A stretch of DNA of 60,894 bases, filler included. It is 7 parts of 7 records of this genome, joined end to end, with 100 filler letters (N's around TTAATTAATTAA, not from the genome) between each part and the next. Parts side by side here need not be neighbours in the genome. Positions count along the whole stretch, not along the records: positions 1 to 7,495 come from SRR7504441_283; positions 7,596 to 12,624 come from SRR7504441_295; 5 more parts are not named here. One strand, given 5' to 3'. Position numbers and translations under genes: made by a program. Below are positions 1-10,284 of this stretch, piece by piece; position 1 is the first letter of the stretch, and each line of letters begins with the position of its first letter. Below the pieces are notes generated by a model. It did not search any database. It saw nothing but the letters and a program-made list of their open reading frames with translations, and was not told the origin of the DNA.

Positions 1-622
1 CTTCTCCTTCTTCTCCTTCTTGCTCTTCTTGGCGCCGGCCTCCTCCTCGGCCACCGCCGCTCTGAACTTGCGCTCCCACTCCTCCTCGGGGTCGAGTCGG
101 CCCTGCGGCTGCTCCTCCACCGGGTCGGCCTGGTCGTGCTCCCACGGCTGGTCCAGCTTGCGCTTCTTCGCCTTACCAACTGGGATCTTATTAGGGTTGC
201 CCTCCTCATCCTCCTCCTCGCCCTCCTTCTCCTTAGGCTGCTTGTACTGGCTGACGTGGTCCACCCGTATCGTCCGTCCGGATACGGTGGCCCCGTTGAA
301 GTTGTCCACCGCCAGCACCGTCGAGCGCTGGTCGTGGTACTTGATGAACGCGTACCCCTGCCCCCGGTCGGCCGTCCCCCGCCGCCGGCAACACCTTGGA
401 GACGCCAGTCTTCTCGTCCCGCTTGAGGTTGATGTCGGTGACCACGCCGTACTGCGAGAACACGGTGATCACGTCGCCCTCGGACAGGTCGAAGCTCAGG
501 TTGCCCGCGAAGATGTACGCGCTGTCCTTGTAGTCGTCGTGCCAGGAGCCGCTGCCCGCCCCGCCCGCCCCGGTGGCGATCTCCTTCTGGTTGATCCGCT
601 GGATCTCACGAATCACGTTCAT
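1..622 (-). CDS. RBMX2: RNA-binding motif protein X-linked 2 (RES complex, Snu17/Ist3 homolog); 3' end runs off the window
   Basis: ATG at 622; [14 protein letters not shown]...[35 protein letters not shown] 37-nt GT-AG intron (394-358) restores [23 protein letters not shown], followed by a Lys/Glu-rich tail. Confidence 0.95.
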
Positions 623-743
623 GACTCGCCCAAACCTCCCCGGTGCGCTGGGTAGGCGCGTCCAAAAGCACCCGCTGCGGGCTGTGTCTCCGGGCCAGGC
701 GGGCTCGGTCGAGCAACGGACGATTGTTGATCTTCGCGCTACC

Positions 744-3585
744 ATGTTCTTCGCTCTCCGAACAGCCTGTGTGGCGGCTGTGGTAGTGCTCATCTGTTGC
801 GCGCGCGCCCATGAGGACGACACGGACCATACGCACGCGACTCTGCATCCTTTGTTCGTCTGCAGCTTCAGCTTCGGCTCGGCCAAGTACGACCTCGGGC
901 CGCTCAAGCGGTGCGCCTGGTTCGGCGGGGCTGCCCGAGCGGCCGGGGGACAGGACCGACCGGATGTACACGTTCTACGACCAAGAGAACCAGCACAGCT
1001 ACTACTTCGACGTCTGCGCCCGGGCGGATGACGTGTCGTCTACCGAGTGCTTGACTGGGGTCAACAATACCCGGATGCCGGTGTATGGCTGCCAGGTCGC
1101 CTACGGCCGGGACGGAACGATCAGTCTGGGCAACGAGCAGGAACTGTCGGCCTATGCCTCCGGTCAGCACAACGTGCCCTCGATGGCCGGCGCGGCCGGG
1201 GTGCACGTCAACATCAGCGGGGGCGACCGATGCCACCACAACGGCAACCCGCACCGGCAGCTCGATCTGTGGATCAAGTGCAACCCGACCGCCGGGGTGG
1301 GCCAGCCAGAGGCCCAGCCCAACGGCGAGCTGGAGACCGCCTACTGCGAGTACGATCTGGTCTGGGAGTCGTCGCATGGCTGCCGGCTGTGCACTGCTGA
1401 CGACTACGTGTCGACCATCATCGATCCTGAGCCGCAGGACGGGGTCGACGGCTGCCGGGCGGACGGGAACTGGACGATCCGATACGAGAAGAAGCCGGGG
1501 GTGGTCTGCGCGCACGGGGAGCACGACGGGGCCGAGGTGTCCAAGGACCTGAACGAGTTCTGCGGCGCGTGCCCGACTGGATTCAAGAAGAAGGTGATCG
1601 AGCAGCCGGACTTCTTCGAGTGCCAGGCCTGCCCGGCCGGCCAGACCTCCGACACGCGCAACGCCGACAGCTGCCGGGCGTGCACTGGCGACACCTTCAC
1701 CGACGCGCCGGGCAGCAACCAGTGCTTTGAGTGTGGCCACGGCACCGTGGCAAACGCTGATCACACTGGGTGTGTTTTCGCGTCTGGCCAGAACTGCCGG
1801 TACCACAGCGGCGCCGGGATGACCTACGACCTGAGCAAGATGGGCAGCCTTGAGCGGATGTACGGGCCGATCTCTGACGGCAGCTGGGGCGCGCATGAGT
1901 ACTTTCTCAACCTGTGCACCCAGTCGCACGTGGAGCACGCGTGCTACGACAAGAACAACGACCCGCTGGTCTCGTACTCGTGCCAGGTCCCGTCCGGCGG
2001 CATCTACGGCTCGCCGGCCAAGGACCTCGGGGACACGATCGGGTTCACCCAGCTGTCGGGCGACAAGCTGGCCATGTACCCTAACGGCGGAGTGCTGGTC
2101 GAGCTCTCGCGGGGCAGCGTGTGCCACCACGTGGGCGCCCAGCAGCACCGGTCGACTGAGATCATCGTGGCGTGCGACGCCTCGCTTGGAGTTGGGTCGC
2201 CCGGAGCGCCCGCCAGGAGCACCTGGAACGCGGGTGGCGACATCGAGCCAAACAGCGCGTGCGCATACGAGTTCCTGTGGGAGAGTCGTTACGGGTGCCC
2301 GGTGTGCTCGCTCGACTCGACCTACCGGCTGACCGACTCGAGCTGTGACCCGAGCACTGGATTCGTCAAGAAGACATACGAACGGACTGTACCAGGATGC
2401 ATCGGGCACCCGCACACACAAGACCAGCTCGACAGCTTCTCCGGACCGGCCGTGTTCGAAGAGACAGGCACCGAGCGGTGCGTGCCGTCCTGCCTTCCAG
2501 GCACCCAGCTGCAGTCGGTGACCGGCGGCCAAGTGTGCACGGCCTGTCCTGCCGGGACGTACGGACCAGGTGGCAACCAGCAGTGCCAGTACTGCACCGG
2601 GAACACCTACACCCACGACGCCGGCTCGCCTGCGTGCATCGAGTGCGGGTCCGGCACAACTGCCAACGACCGGCATGACGAGTGTGACCTGCACGACTGC
2701 AAGTATACGCTGGGCGCCAAGCAGTATGACCTGAAGCCGCTCGACACGCAGCGAGACGAGATGTGGGGGCCGCTCCGGGACAGCGCGAGCGAGACAGGGC
2801 ACGTGTACTTCATCAACCTCTGCACCCGACAAGAAGCCGATGCGCTCACCTGCGCGGACGACTCGGGCACCGCAATCAAGAGCTTTGCCTGCCAGCGGAC
2901 AACGCTCACGGCCGAGACGCTCGGGCACCTGGTCGCCAAGAACCTGGGCGACACGTTCGGAGTGGAGCCGGCCGACGAAGGCGTGCTCGGGCTGCGGGTG
3001 CACCTGACTCACGGGACCAAATGCCACCGGAACGGGCAGCCGCACAGGGAGACCACGATCGAGATGACTTGCGACGAGGCCGCCGGAGTGGGCGCGCCGG
3101 TGCCGTACCAAGGATACGCCGAAGCGGGCGAGTATTGCAAGTACAAGTTCAGCTGGGCGAGTGTGCACGCATGCCCGATCTGCACCGCCGAGGACTACAG
3201 CTCTGTCGTGAGCGAATGCGCCCAGGACGACAACGGCGCTTACTCGCAGACGACCCAGTGGGTGAAGAGCGGCAGCTGCAACACACTCTCACCGGCCGCG
3301 TACACACCACCCGCGACCCTGAGGGATGCGTGCAGCTTGCCCAAGGCGACCGGCGGTGCCTCGAGCGAGGATGTGCCGTGGTACAAGGAGCCGTCATTCC
3401 TTATCACGATCATCGTGGTCTCGTCTACGGTCTTTGCTGTGATTGTGACGTTCGCGCTGGTCAAATACTACAAGATCAGGCGGCTGTACGAGACGTACGC
3501 CCAGCTGGACAAGGACCGCGGGATGAACGACGATTTCCACCTGCCATCCGACATGGAGCTCTCCTCGCGGGACGGTGGCCTGTGA
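744..3585 (+). CDS. Type I membrane protein with three MRH (mannose-6-phosphate receptor homology) domains and Cys-rich repeats; P-type lectin / ELAPOR-like receptor
   Basis: Signal peptide from ATG 744; one intron 911-953. Three YDL...CQ...R.T.I..C...E...C.Y...W.S..GC modules separated by C..CP.G Cys-rich repeats; TM helix ~3397-3465; tail with YAQL (YxxPhi). Confidence 0.85.
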
Positions 3586-3962
3586 GAACTCGCAGAGCTG
3601 TGCGACCACGATGCATCAAGAATGAGATTTACGAGGACTACTGCATACTCGTACGTACTTGTAGCACTGGCACCAAAGATGCTTAGAGGATGACTATCAC
3701 AATCATGAAGAGAGATCTACGGTACTTGTACGCGTGTACGTACTCGTACGGCAGTACAGTACGAGCCGATAGATTAAATACAATAAGCAATTTCAGCTAG
3801 TGCTCTTTATCGTTAGGAAGACAACGCGCAAGCAAACGTCGGATCAGTACTCGTGTGATTCTCGTGAGGATGTAAAGTACATACATGTAAAGCCGAAGTT
3901 GTTTTGTGTAACTCGTCCAGTACTCGTACGAGAACAATCTCGTAGGCTCTCGTAGCATTGTT

Positions 3963-4597
3963 TCACTGGTCGTGCAGCTGCCAGGCGCACACAGTCAGCT
4001 ACAAGGCTAATGGGGATGCGGGCGCACCACGCGCGAGAGATCTATCCAGTCCATTGCTTGGCGTGTCTGCCGTGGCCAGTCAGCAGCCGGCGCGCCCGGA
4101 TTGCCACCTGGTCGCCTGTGGACGGGGCCAGATCGTGGTTCCAGTAGGTCAGCCCGTCAAACTGGCCGGTCACGTGCCATTGGTGCTCGCTTGCCTCCTC
4201 GAGCACAATGCCTGCCCGCCCTCCGCCGTGGCCACGGCCCGGCCGCACCCTCAAACCCCTCCGGCAGCGCCAGCTTCTGCCCGCGCAGCCCCCGACCCCG
4301 AAACGACGCCTCCATCACGTCCTGGCCTGCCCGCACCGGATGAGTCCAGCCGGCGCTCCGGGGCTGTGCCTTGGTCGCCGCAGTTGTGCACGTGGCTGTC
4401 GAAGTACTGCGCAACCTGCCCGGCCGCTCAGCCCGGCGGACGGGGGGCGGTGCCTTGGCCGGGCCGTTGTGATCGATCCGCCACGGGATTCGTTGCAACC
4501 GGTGCCTGCGGGCGGGGTGAGCCGCCCGGCCCGGGGCGGCCGACCTCGCAGGCTCCTGTTGTCCTCGTCTCACGGTCACCTCATCCTGATCAGCCAT
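3963..4597 (-). CDS. RNASEH2C: Ribonuclease H2 subunit C
   Basis: Spliced product (6 introns, two of them GC-AG) reads ...IDHNGPAKVAQYF...EASFRGRGLRG...LPEGFEG...FDGLTYWNHD..PS..D...MDWIDLSRVLHDQ*, matching the RNase H2C motifs. Confidence 0.9.
4327..4453 (-). other. Two GC-AG introns (4453-4416, 38 nt; 4369-4327, 43 nt) in RNASEH2C
   Basis: AAG|GCAC donors; removing both puts the conserved GPAKVAQYF segment in frame. Confidence 0.85.
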
Positions 4598-4956
4598 TTT
4601 CAAAGCTCAGTTCCCGCGGACTCATCCGCTGCTGCTGCACAGACCGTGACGTCAGTTGGCCGGTTATGCCCCCAGGCCCCATCCCCAGCCCAGCTTGGGG
4701 GGTCTTCGGGTCTGAGCGTGCACATTCGACAATACAGCACTGAGCAGCCGGGTGGTACTGGTACCGATTCAGTACCGATTAGGTATCGATCGGTGATAAT
4801 CTAAGCTAATAAACGTAAGGGAAGAGAACGTACTGAGATCGTGTGCATGAGGCGGTTAGGGCAATGTACTACGCAAGGCGCATTCGCAATCCGACCAGCT
4901 AATTGTACACAATGTTTTGTTTAGATCCACAGCCGCGCCATCACACTGCTATAGCA

Positions 4957-5469
4957 TCATACCCATAGGCGGTGCGACGGCCTATGCGCCGGCGGGCTGC
5001 ACACCGGTGTCTCAGACTTGAACGACGCCCACAGCCGGCCGCCGGTCGGCTGAGTCTGCGGCCGGAGGTGGCAGCCGGGCCCCAGCTTGCTCGAGCCGCC
5101 CCGCCGGCCTGTGCTCAATCTGGTATCTTTAAACCCTGCTAGGGTCCCCGGCCCGATCCGGGGCCCCTTGGAGGCCAGGCTGGTGGACCGCCCGATCGAG
5201 GCTCCGCGGCCCAGATCCAACGGCCGCTGCACCGGCTGGGCGGCCGACTTCCACCGCTGGCTGGTGCCACCGAATCCGAGCTGGAGCAGCTGGGACCGGA
5301 GTGTGTGACCGAGCGCGGCCGGACGGAGGAATATCTCGGGGCGGGCGGTGACGGCACGGCGGGTCCACGCCTTCCGGTCTAAGTCGTTCACCCTGCCACC
5401 GCCCCGCTCCCCCCCCTGCCGCGGGTGTGCGGCGCACCGGGTTGCCAGCCAGGCCGCGGCCGGGTCCAT
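4957..5469 (-). CDS. Hypothetical basic protein
   Basis: GC-rich ORF between two AT-rich spacers, ATG at 5469, probable short intron near the 5' end; no recognisable domain. Confidence 0.35.
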   Translation of the reverse strand: MDPAAAWLATRCAAHPRQGGERGGGRVNDLDRKAWTRRAVTARPEIFLRPAALGHTLRSQLLQLGFGGTSQRWKSAAQPVQRPLDLGRGASIGRSTSLASKGPRIGPGTLAGFKDTRLSTGRRGGSSKLGPGCHLRPQTQPTGGRLWASFKSETPVCSPPAHRPSHRLWV

Positions 5470-5584
5470 ACTTAGTTTCGGCGCCAAAACTGTAGTCTAC
5501 GAGTACACACAGTTCGTACAGCATGCGCCAGCATAGCAACCCGTACAGCCTTGCGAGTGATATGCGAGTGAGTTGCCTTTAGCT

Positions 5585-5615
5585 CTACGGTCGTACTACG
5601 GTCGTACTACGGTCG
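5585..5615. repeat. 11-bp tandem repeat (CTACGGTCGTA) x~2.8
   Basis: ctacggtcgta ctacggtcgta ctacggtcg read directly. Confidence 0.9.
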
Positions 5616-5842
5616 CTCCTACAGCCTGCCTGAGTGAACAGGACGACTTTTGGAGGTTTGTGATGTACATGACATTGTAATGACATTGTAATTGCGCGTA
5701 AATAAATTGAGCGCGCTGCCTCTGTATCCGAATACGTAACATAACTAACATTACATGCATGTACATGATTGTAAACAATCAGCTCGTTTAATTTTCCATT
5801 GCCATGCCTTGCATTTGAGCTTTGCCCTTCTAATCATTGTAA

Positions 5843-7495
5843 TCAATAGAATCCGGCGTCTACGAGGCCAATGAATCCGGTCAGCGCTCCCCAATGGTAA
5901 AAGTGCATCGCGCCTGGGCTGCAGTCGTCAAAATCCTTGGACGGGTGGTAGTTCTCACAAATTCTGCCCTTGCTTCGCCATTGCTTTAGCATCATAGCTC
6001 GCATCTGAGAGACCAGCGCTTTGCGGGCAGTGCGAGCCGAAGCCAGATGGTCGTACTTCTGCAGGCCCCAATAAGTGAGCTGGGCCATCGGGCCCCACAC
6101 GTATCCTCGCCAGTACCCGAGCTGCGGGAACGCTGGGTCAGAAGCCTCGATCGAGGGCAGGCCCCACCAGCAGCCGTCCGAGTTGCCTGTCATCTGTCCA
6201 TCTGTGGCGACACAGAAATGCTTTGGGTCGAGCAGCCAGTTCTTCATCATGCTATCCACCCGCTGGTCGCTCGGCGCGCCGGTCATCAAAGGATAGAACG
6301 AGGTCGGTGACACGTGCCGATAGAACTCGCCCGACGGCTTGCGGTTCACGTAGATGCCTGAGCTGTTGTCCCAGAGGTGTTGCTCGATCAGCGCGGCCAT
6401 GCGACTCGCCCTGTCGGCCAACAGAGCGGCCTCGGGCCGCGAAATGGCCCGGGCGAGCGCGGCTAGCGCTTGCGAGTCCATCGCATGCATCGATGCCATC
6501 CCCACATCGTACAGCTGCATCTTGCTGTCCAGGAAACAATTATCCCAAGCATCATACATTGGGCTGTTGTCAAGACCGCTCTCGAACCGGGCGTCCTGCA
6601 TCTGGCCCTCCTCGCTGCCCAGGCAGGTGATGTTGAGCGGGGCGAGCAATCGGTTGGCCTCGGACCAGTTGTTCCAGTCAAGCAAGTCGTCAAACAGCAG
6701 CTCGACCAGCCAGCTCTCGTTGTACTTTTTGAACATCTCCAGCAGAACTTTGCTCCCGACCGGCGGCTGGCTGTGTCGGGCCTTGTTCACGCTGGCCGCC
6801 GTGTTGGGTACGTACCCCTCGCTGGTCTTGGCCTTGATCACCTGGATCAGCGCCGAGTACCCGAGCGGCTTGCTGTCCAGGCTGAGCATGTAAGCCCCAA
6901 AGTGGTTGTCCCAGTCGAAGATCACGTATGGCCAGTCGTCGTTCACCACGCCCTTGTCCAGCCCCCACGGGTTGCCCCGGATCACCGGCGCCAGCGGCCC
7001 GGCTTCGAGCGGGTTGTAGATCACTTGCCACATCACTGCAGACTGGACTGCCTGCTTGCTCTCCGCCAGCTGCGCATATTCGGCCACCTTAGCCTGCTCG
7101 GCCGCCATCTTGCTCCTCAGTCCTGCCGATATTTGCTCGAGCGGGATCGGCAGCCGGCCCGAGTTGAGTCCGAGCCTAAAGCCGGTCGGGCTGTCGAGTG
7201 CGAACGCCAGGTGCGCGGTGCTCGAGATATTCGAGTTGAGCTCGACTGAACTGCTCTGTGGCTGGCTCGCGTGCACCAGCGTGTCCGGCAGGCCCGGTGA
7301 GCTCCATTGGACCGACTGGTTCGACGCGCCGACCATATTCCCGCGGAACCAGGTATCGTACGCCGCCACCACCAGCGCCTTGCCCGCGCACGCACCCGCC
7401 ACCCGCTCCAGCTCGAGCAAGAGGCTCGGCCCACCACTGGCGGTCACAGAGACGTTGCAGTCAGCTACCTGCACGAACAGCTGGCTGATCGATCG
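5843..7495 (-). CDS. GH63/MGH1-like (alpha/alpha)6 glycoside hydrolase, 5'-truncated by contig end
   Basis: Uninterrupted ORF with IFDWDNHF, GYVPN, SQPPVGS, ESGLDNSPMYD, YWRGYVWGP and ENY motifs. Confidence 0.85.
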   Translation of the reverse strand, partial: RSISQLFVQVADCNVSVTASGGPSLLLELERVAGACAGKALVVAAYDTWFRGNMVGASNQSVQWSSPGLPDTLVHASQPQSSSVELNSNISSTAHLAFALDSPTGFRLGLNSGRLPIPLEQISAGLRSKMAAEQAKVAEYAQLAESKQAVQSAVMWQVIYNPLEAGPLAPVIRGNPWGLDKGVVNDDWPYVIFDWDNHFGAYMLSLDSKPLGYSALIQVIKAKTSEGYVPNTAASVNKARHSQPPVGSKVLLEMFKKYNESWLVELLFDDLLDWNNWSEANRLLAPLNITCLGSEEGQMQDARFESGLDNSPMYDAWDNCFLDSKMQLYDVGMASMHAMDSQALAALARAISRPEAALLADRASRMAALIEQHLWDNSSGIYVNRKPSGEFYRHVSPTSFYPLMTGAPSDQRVDSMMKNWLLDPKHFCVATDGQMTGNSDGCWWGLPSIEASDPAFPQLGYWRGYVWGPMAQLTYWGLQKYDHLASARTARKALVSQMRAMMLKQWRSKGRICENYHPSKDFDDCSPGAMHFYHWGALTGFIGLVDAGFY

Positions 7496-7595
7496 NNNNN
7501 NNNNNNNNNNNNNNNNNNNNNNNNNNNNNNNNNNNNNNNTTAATTAATTAANNNNNNNNNNNNNNNNNNNNNNNNNNNNNNNNNNNNNNNNNNNN
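7496..7595. other. Artificial contig linker
   Basis: N-run + TTAATTAATTAA (stops in all six frames) + N-run, 100 nt. Confidence 0.99.
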
Positions 7596-7637
7596 ATTCA
7601 GTTCAAGTAGTGAGTGAGTGGTAAAACTGTATTAGCC

Positions 7638-10202
7638 TTATAATGATCTCTTAGTGACCTTGATCACGCAGCTTACATCTTCCTCGAAAGTGACGACGCC
7701 AGCACCGTCAGAGGTCGCACCTTGCTCACGGAGGGTGCCGCAGGCGGTGACCTGAAAGTTCACGTCGGGCGGCATGCCTGTAATCGTAAAGGTCCTATTG
7801 CCATTCCCGGGGAGGTCGATCTCGACGGACGGCGCTGAAGCGCTCGACGAGTAGCCAACCTTGACGTTGCCAATATCGAACCGGAAAGACTCGCCGGCCC
7901 CAAACGGGTCGATACTCACAGTGGCCAGCCCAAGATTGATCCCATACCGTATCTCTCTCAGGAGCATGGCCACAGTGGCTGGGTACTCAAAATACGCGTC
8001 GGTGCGGTTCTGCTGCTGCTTTCCGTCGCACCCGTACCGCTCGTGCATCCAAGTGTTGGCAATCAAGTCTCGCTTGAGCGGCTCGAGGGTATACGAGTTG
8101 AAAGCCTGGAGCGCCTCGCTGCCACCGACCCGCTTCCGTGCATGGCTGTCAAACCAAGCAATTCGACCCATTGAGCACCAGCTGTCTCCGACGTTGCCAG
8201 AGGTCGTATCGCTCTTCCCGTAATATTTCTCAGACACGAACTGCGGCCCGGCCCCGGAGGCGGATGCGCAACGGCCCGAATCTACTCTCTTGAGCACCAG
8301 GGCGGCCCGCCCGGCGTCGGGGACGCCATGGGCTACCGCAATCAGGTTAGAGTCGTAGTCCACAAAGTCGCGTGTCGAGCCGTCCGGGTTGAGCTGGGTG
8401 ACATAGTGGTCTCCGCCCGCATCATCCTCTTTCGCCGCCCACAGCTTGGCGTTCATTGCAGCAGCAACCTGATCCGCGAGCTGCCTGAGACGATTAGCCC
8501 CCGTCACGTTCCCAACAAATTGCTCAGCCTCGGCAAAGTCTCTCAGGAAACCGACCATCATGGCATTCGAGTCGCTCGTGTAGTTGGCGCGGATGAAGAC
8601 ATCAATCATCAAGCTGCCGGGAGCTTTGAGCAACTGCTCGTCCAGGTCGATCAGCCCAAAGCAGAAGTTTGAAGCGTTCCGGAGAGTCGGCATGTACGAC
8701 TTCAACCAGGATCCGTCCCCGCTGGCCTTGGCGTACTGGAGCGCCGTCTTAGTCCAGAAGGTATTGGGCCCGGTTTGTAGCGCTCCCGACAGGGCGGTGT
8801 AGGTCGGCTTGTCCTTGACGAAATGATGCGGCAGTTGGCCATTGGCAAGAAGGAAGGCGCCGCTCCGCTCAATCACTTGCCGTGCCTGGTCCTGCAGATA
8901 AGGGTTGCCCGAGTAGATCAGCGCAGATAGTCCGATGAAGTTGTCGGGGTCAAAGTAGTTGTAAGTGCCACCGTACCCGCGGTCCGGCCGGGCAATGGTG
9001 GTCGCCACCTGTGCAACACGCTTTCCTGGGACGACTCCATTGTCAAAGGTGCAAAGAGTCCCGGGCCCCGTACCGTACATTCCAGTCATAATGGCCTCAA
9101 GATCCTGCATGGGCAAGTTGCCACCGGTGGTCATGTTCAGACTCGGGAAGTTCCGATCGTTTGGCGCGAGTAGGACGGATGTCGCCCAAGAGGACGTTGT
9201 ATTGGGACCGATCGGACCGGCCTGGTTCCATCCTATTGAACCCCACTGGTCCTGCTGGCTAAGTGGTCCGATCACACCACCGGCGAGCTCAATTTGCAAA
9301 CCGCTACCGCCACCGCCAGCAGGGGCGGACCGGAGCACAGCTTGTTGGCGCAACCCACTCTCAGTACGGAGCACTTCTATCGCTGTCCCTCCGCCCAGAG
9401 CGTACAGGGACGGGAGCCGATCCAGCGACGGGAAATACGAGTCAGGCTTGCCCCGCATTTGCACCACGCCCCTCGCGAAAAAGGCGGTTATAGATGTGGC
9501 GGCAAAGCTCGCTGCGTGTCGCACGGAGCGGATTCCGGGCTGCCTCGCCCAGCTGCCGCTAGTGTTGACTTGGATCGCGCGAGCGCCGATCTCGAGGCTG
9601 ATGACCCAGTCCTCTGTGGCGGTTGCCGCCGCCACGCCGCTGAGCCGGATCCGCGCCAAGGCCGAGTTGTTGGACAGGACGGCGAGCTGCGGCTTGGCCG
9701 AGGCTGAGCTGACGTTACCGGAGGTGTCTTCACTCTCCAGCTGCCACGGCGTAGCCAGCGCGTTCGCATTGACGCCGAACTGGCCGGCGCCCGAGAAGTC
9801 TCCCGTCAGCTGGAGGACCTTGCCGGCTGCGGTGTCTACGGCCGCCTGGACATAGCCGTTTGAGAAGACGAGGACCGGCCGCTTTGGCTGGGCCGAGCCA
9901 CAGACGTCCGCGCACCGGAAGGCCTTGTGCGCGCCGGGCACACACGCGACCGGGTGGGTGCGCGCGCCGTCGCCGCAGTCGCAGTAGCCCGATGGGCATG
10001 CGCCAGGGTTACAGGGGACGGTGGCTCCGCAGGGCCGGTCCCCGGAGGGCTGTGGCGGGCCCTTCTGCCCGCTGCACCCGCCGGTCTGACGGAAGGCGCA
10101 GGTGCCCGAGGTTTCCCCCCAGGAGAGGCTGACTGGCGGCAGGCCGTGGGCCGCGGCTGCAACAAGCAACAAGCCCGCCAGCGCTCGCCAGGCGTTCAAC
10201 AT
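7638..10202 (-). CDS. Secreted six-hairpin glycosidase-like protein with N-terminal Cys-rich module
   Basis: Signal peptide MLNAWRALAGLLLVAAAAHG (ATG 10202); Cys module CAFRQTGGC...SGYCDC; C-terminal helical-barrel motifs YNYFDPD, GQLPHHF, GD..WL, NYTSDSNA, MHERY; intronless. Confidence 0.7.
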   Translation of the reverse strand: MLNAWRALAGLLLVAAAAHGLPPVSLSWGETSGTCAFRQTGGCSGQKGPPQPSGDRPCGATVPCNPGACPSGYCDCGDGARTHPVACVPGAHKAFRCADVCGSAQPKRPVLVFSNGYVQAAVDTAAGKVLQLTGDFSGAGQFGVNANALATPWQLESEDTSGNVSSASAKPQLAVLSNNSALARIRLSGVAAATATEDWVISLEIGARAIQVNTSGSWARQPGIRSVRHAASFAATSITAFFARGVVQMRGKPDSYFPSLDRLPSLYALGGGTAIEVLRTESGLRQQAVLRSAPAGGGGSGLQIELAGGVIGPLSQQDQWGSIGWNQAGPIGPNTTSSWATSVLLAPNDRNFPSLNMTTGGNLPMQDLEAIMTGMYGTGPGTLCTFDNGVVPGKRVAQVATTIARPDRGYGGTYNYFDPDNFIGLSALIYSGNPYLQDQARQVIERSGAFLLANGQLPHHFVKDKPTYTALSGALQTGPNTFWTKTALQYAKASGDGSWLKSYMPTLRNASNFCFGLIDLDEQLLKAPGSLMIDVFIRANYTSDSNAMMVGFLRDFAEAEQFVGNVTGANRLRQLADQVAAAMNAKLWAAKEDDAGGDHYVTQLNPDGSTRDFVDYDSNLIAVAHGVPDAGRAALVLKRVDSGRCASASGAGPQFVSEKYYGKSDTTSGNVGDSWCSMGRIAWFDSHARKRVGGSEALQAFNSYTLEPLKRDLIANTWMHERYGCDGKQQQNRTDAYFEYPATVAMLLREIRYGINLGLATVSIDPFGAGESFRFDIGNVKVGYSSSASAPSVEIDLPGNGNRTFTITGMPPDVNFQVTACGTLREQGATSDGAGVVTFEEDVSCVIKVTKRSL

Positions 10203-10284
10203 CGCCTGTGTGTGGTGCTCGGCCTCAGTTGCCGTTGCAACGGCAGCGATCTCCTCCGACGGAGCCTTCATCGCAACACGTGGG

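Noticed and set aside
904-3168. 754-aa antisense ORF, plus many other long overlapping ORFs (e.g. 8965-9855, 24874-25851, 34937-36157)
   Set aside because: Shadow ORFs expected from high GC3; Arg/Ala/Pro-rich with no domain motifs.
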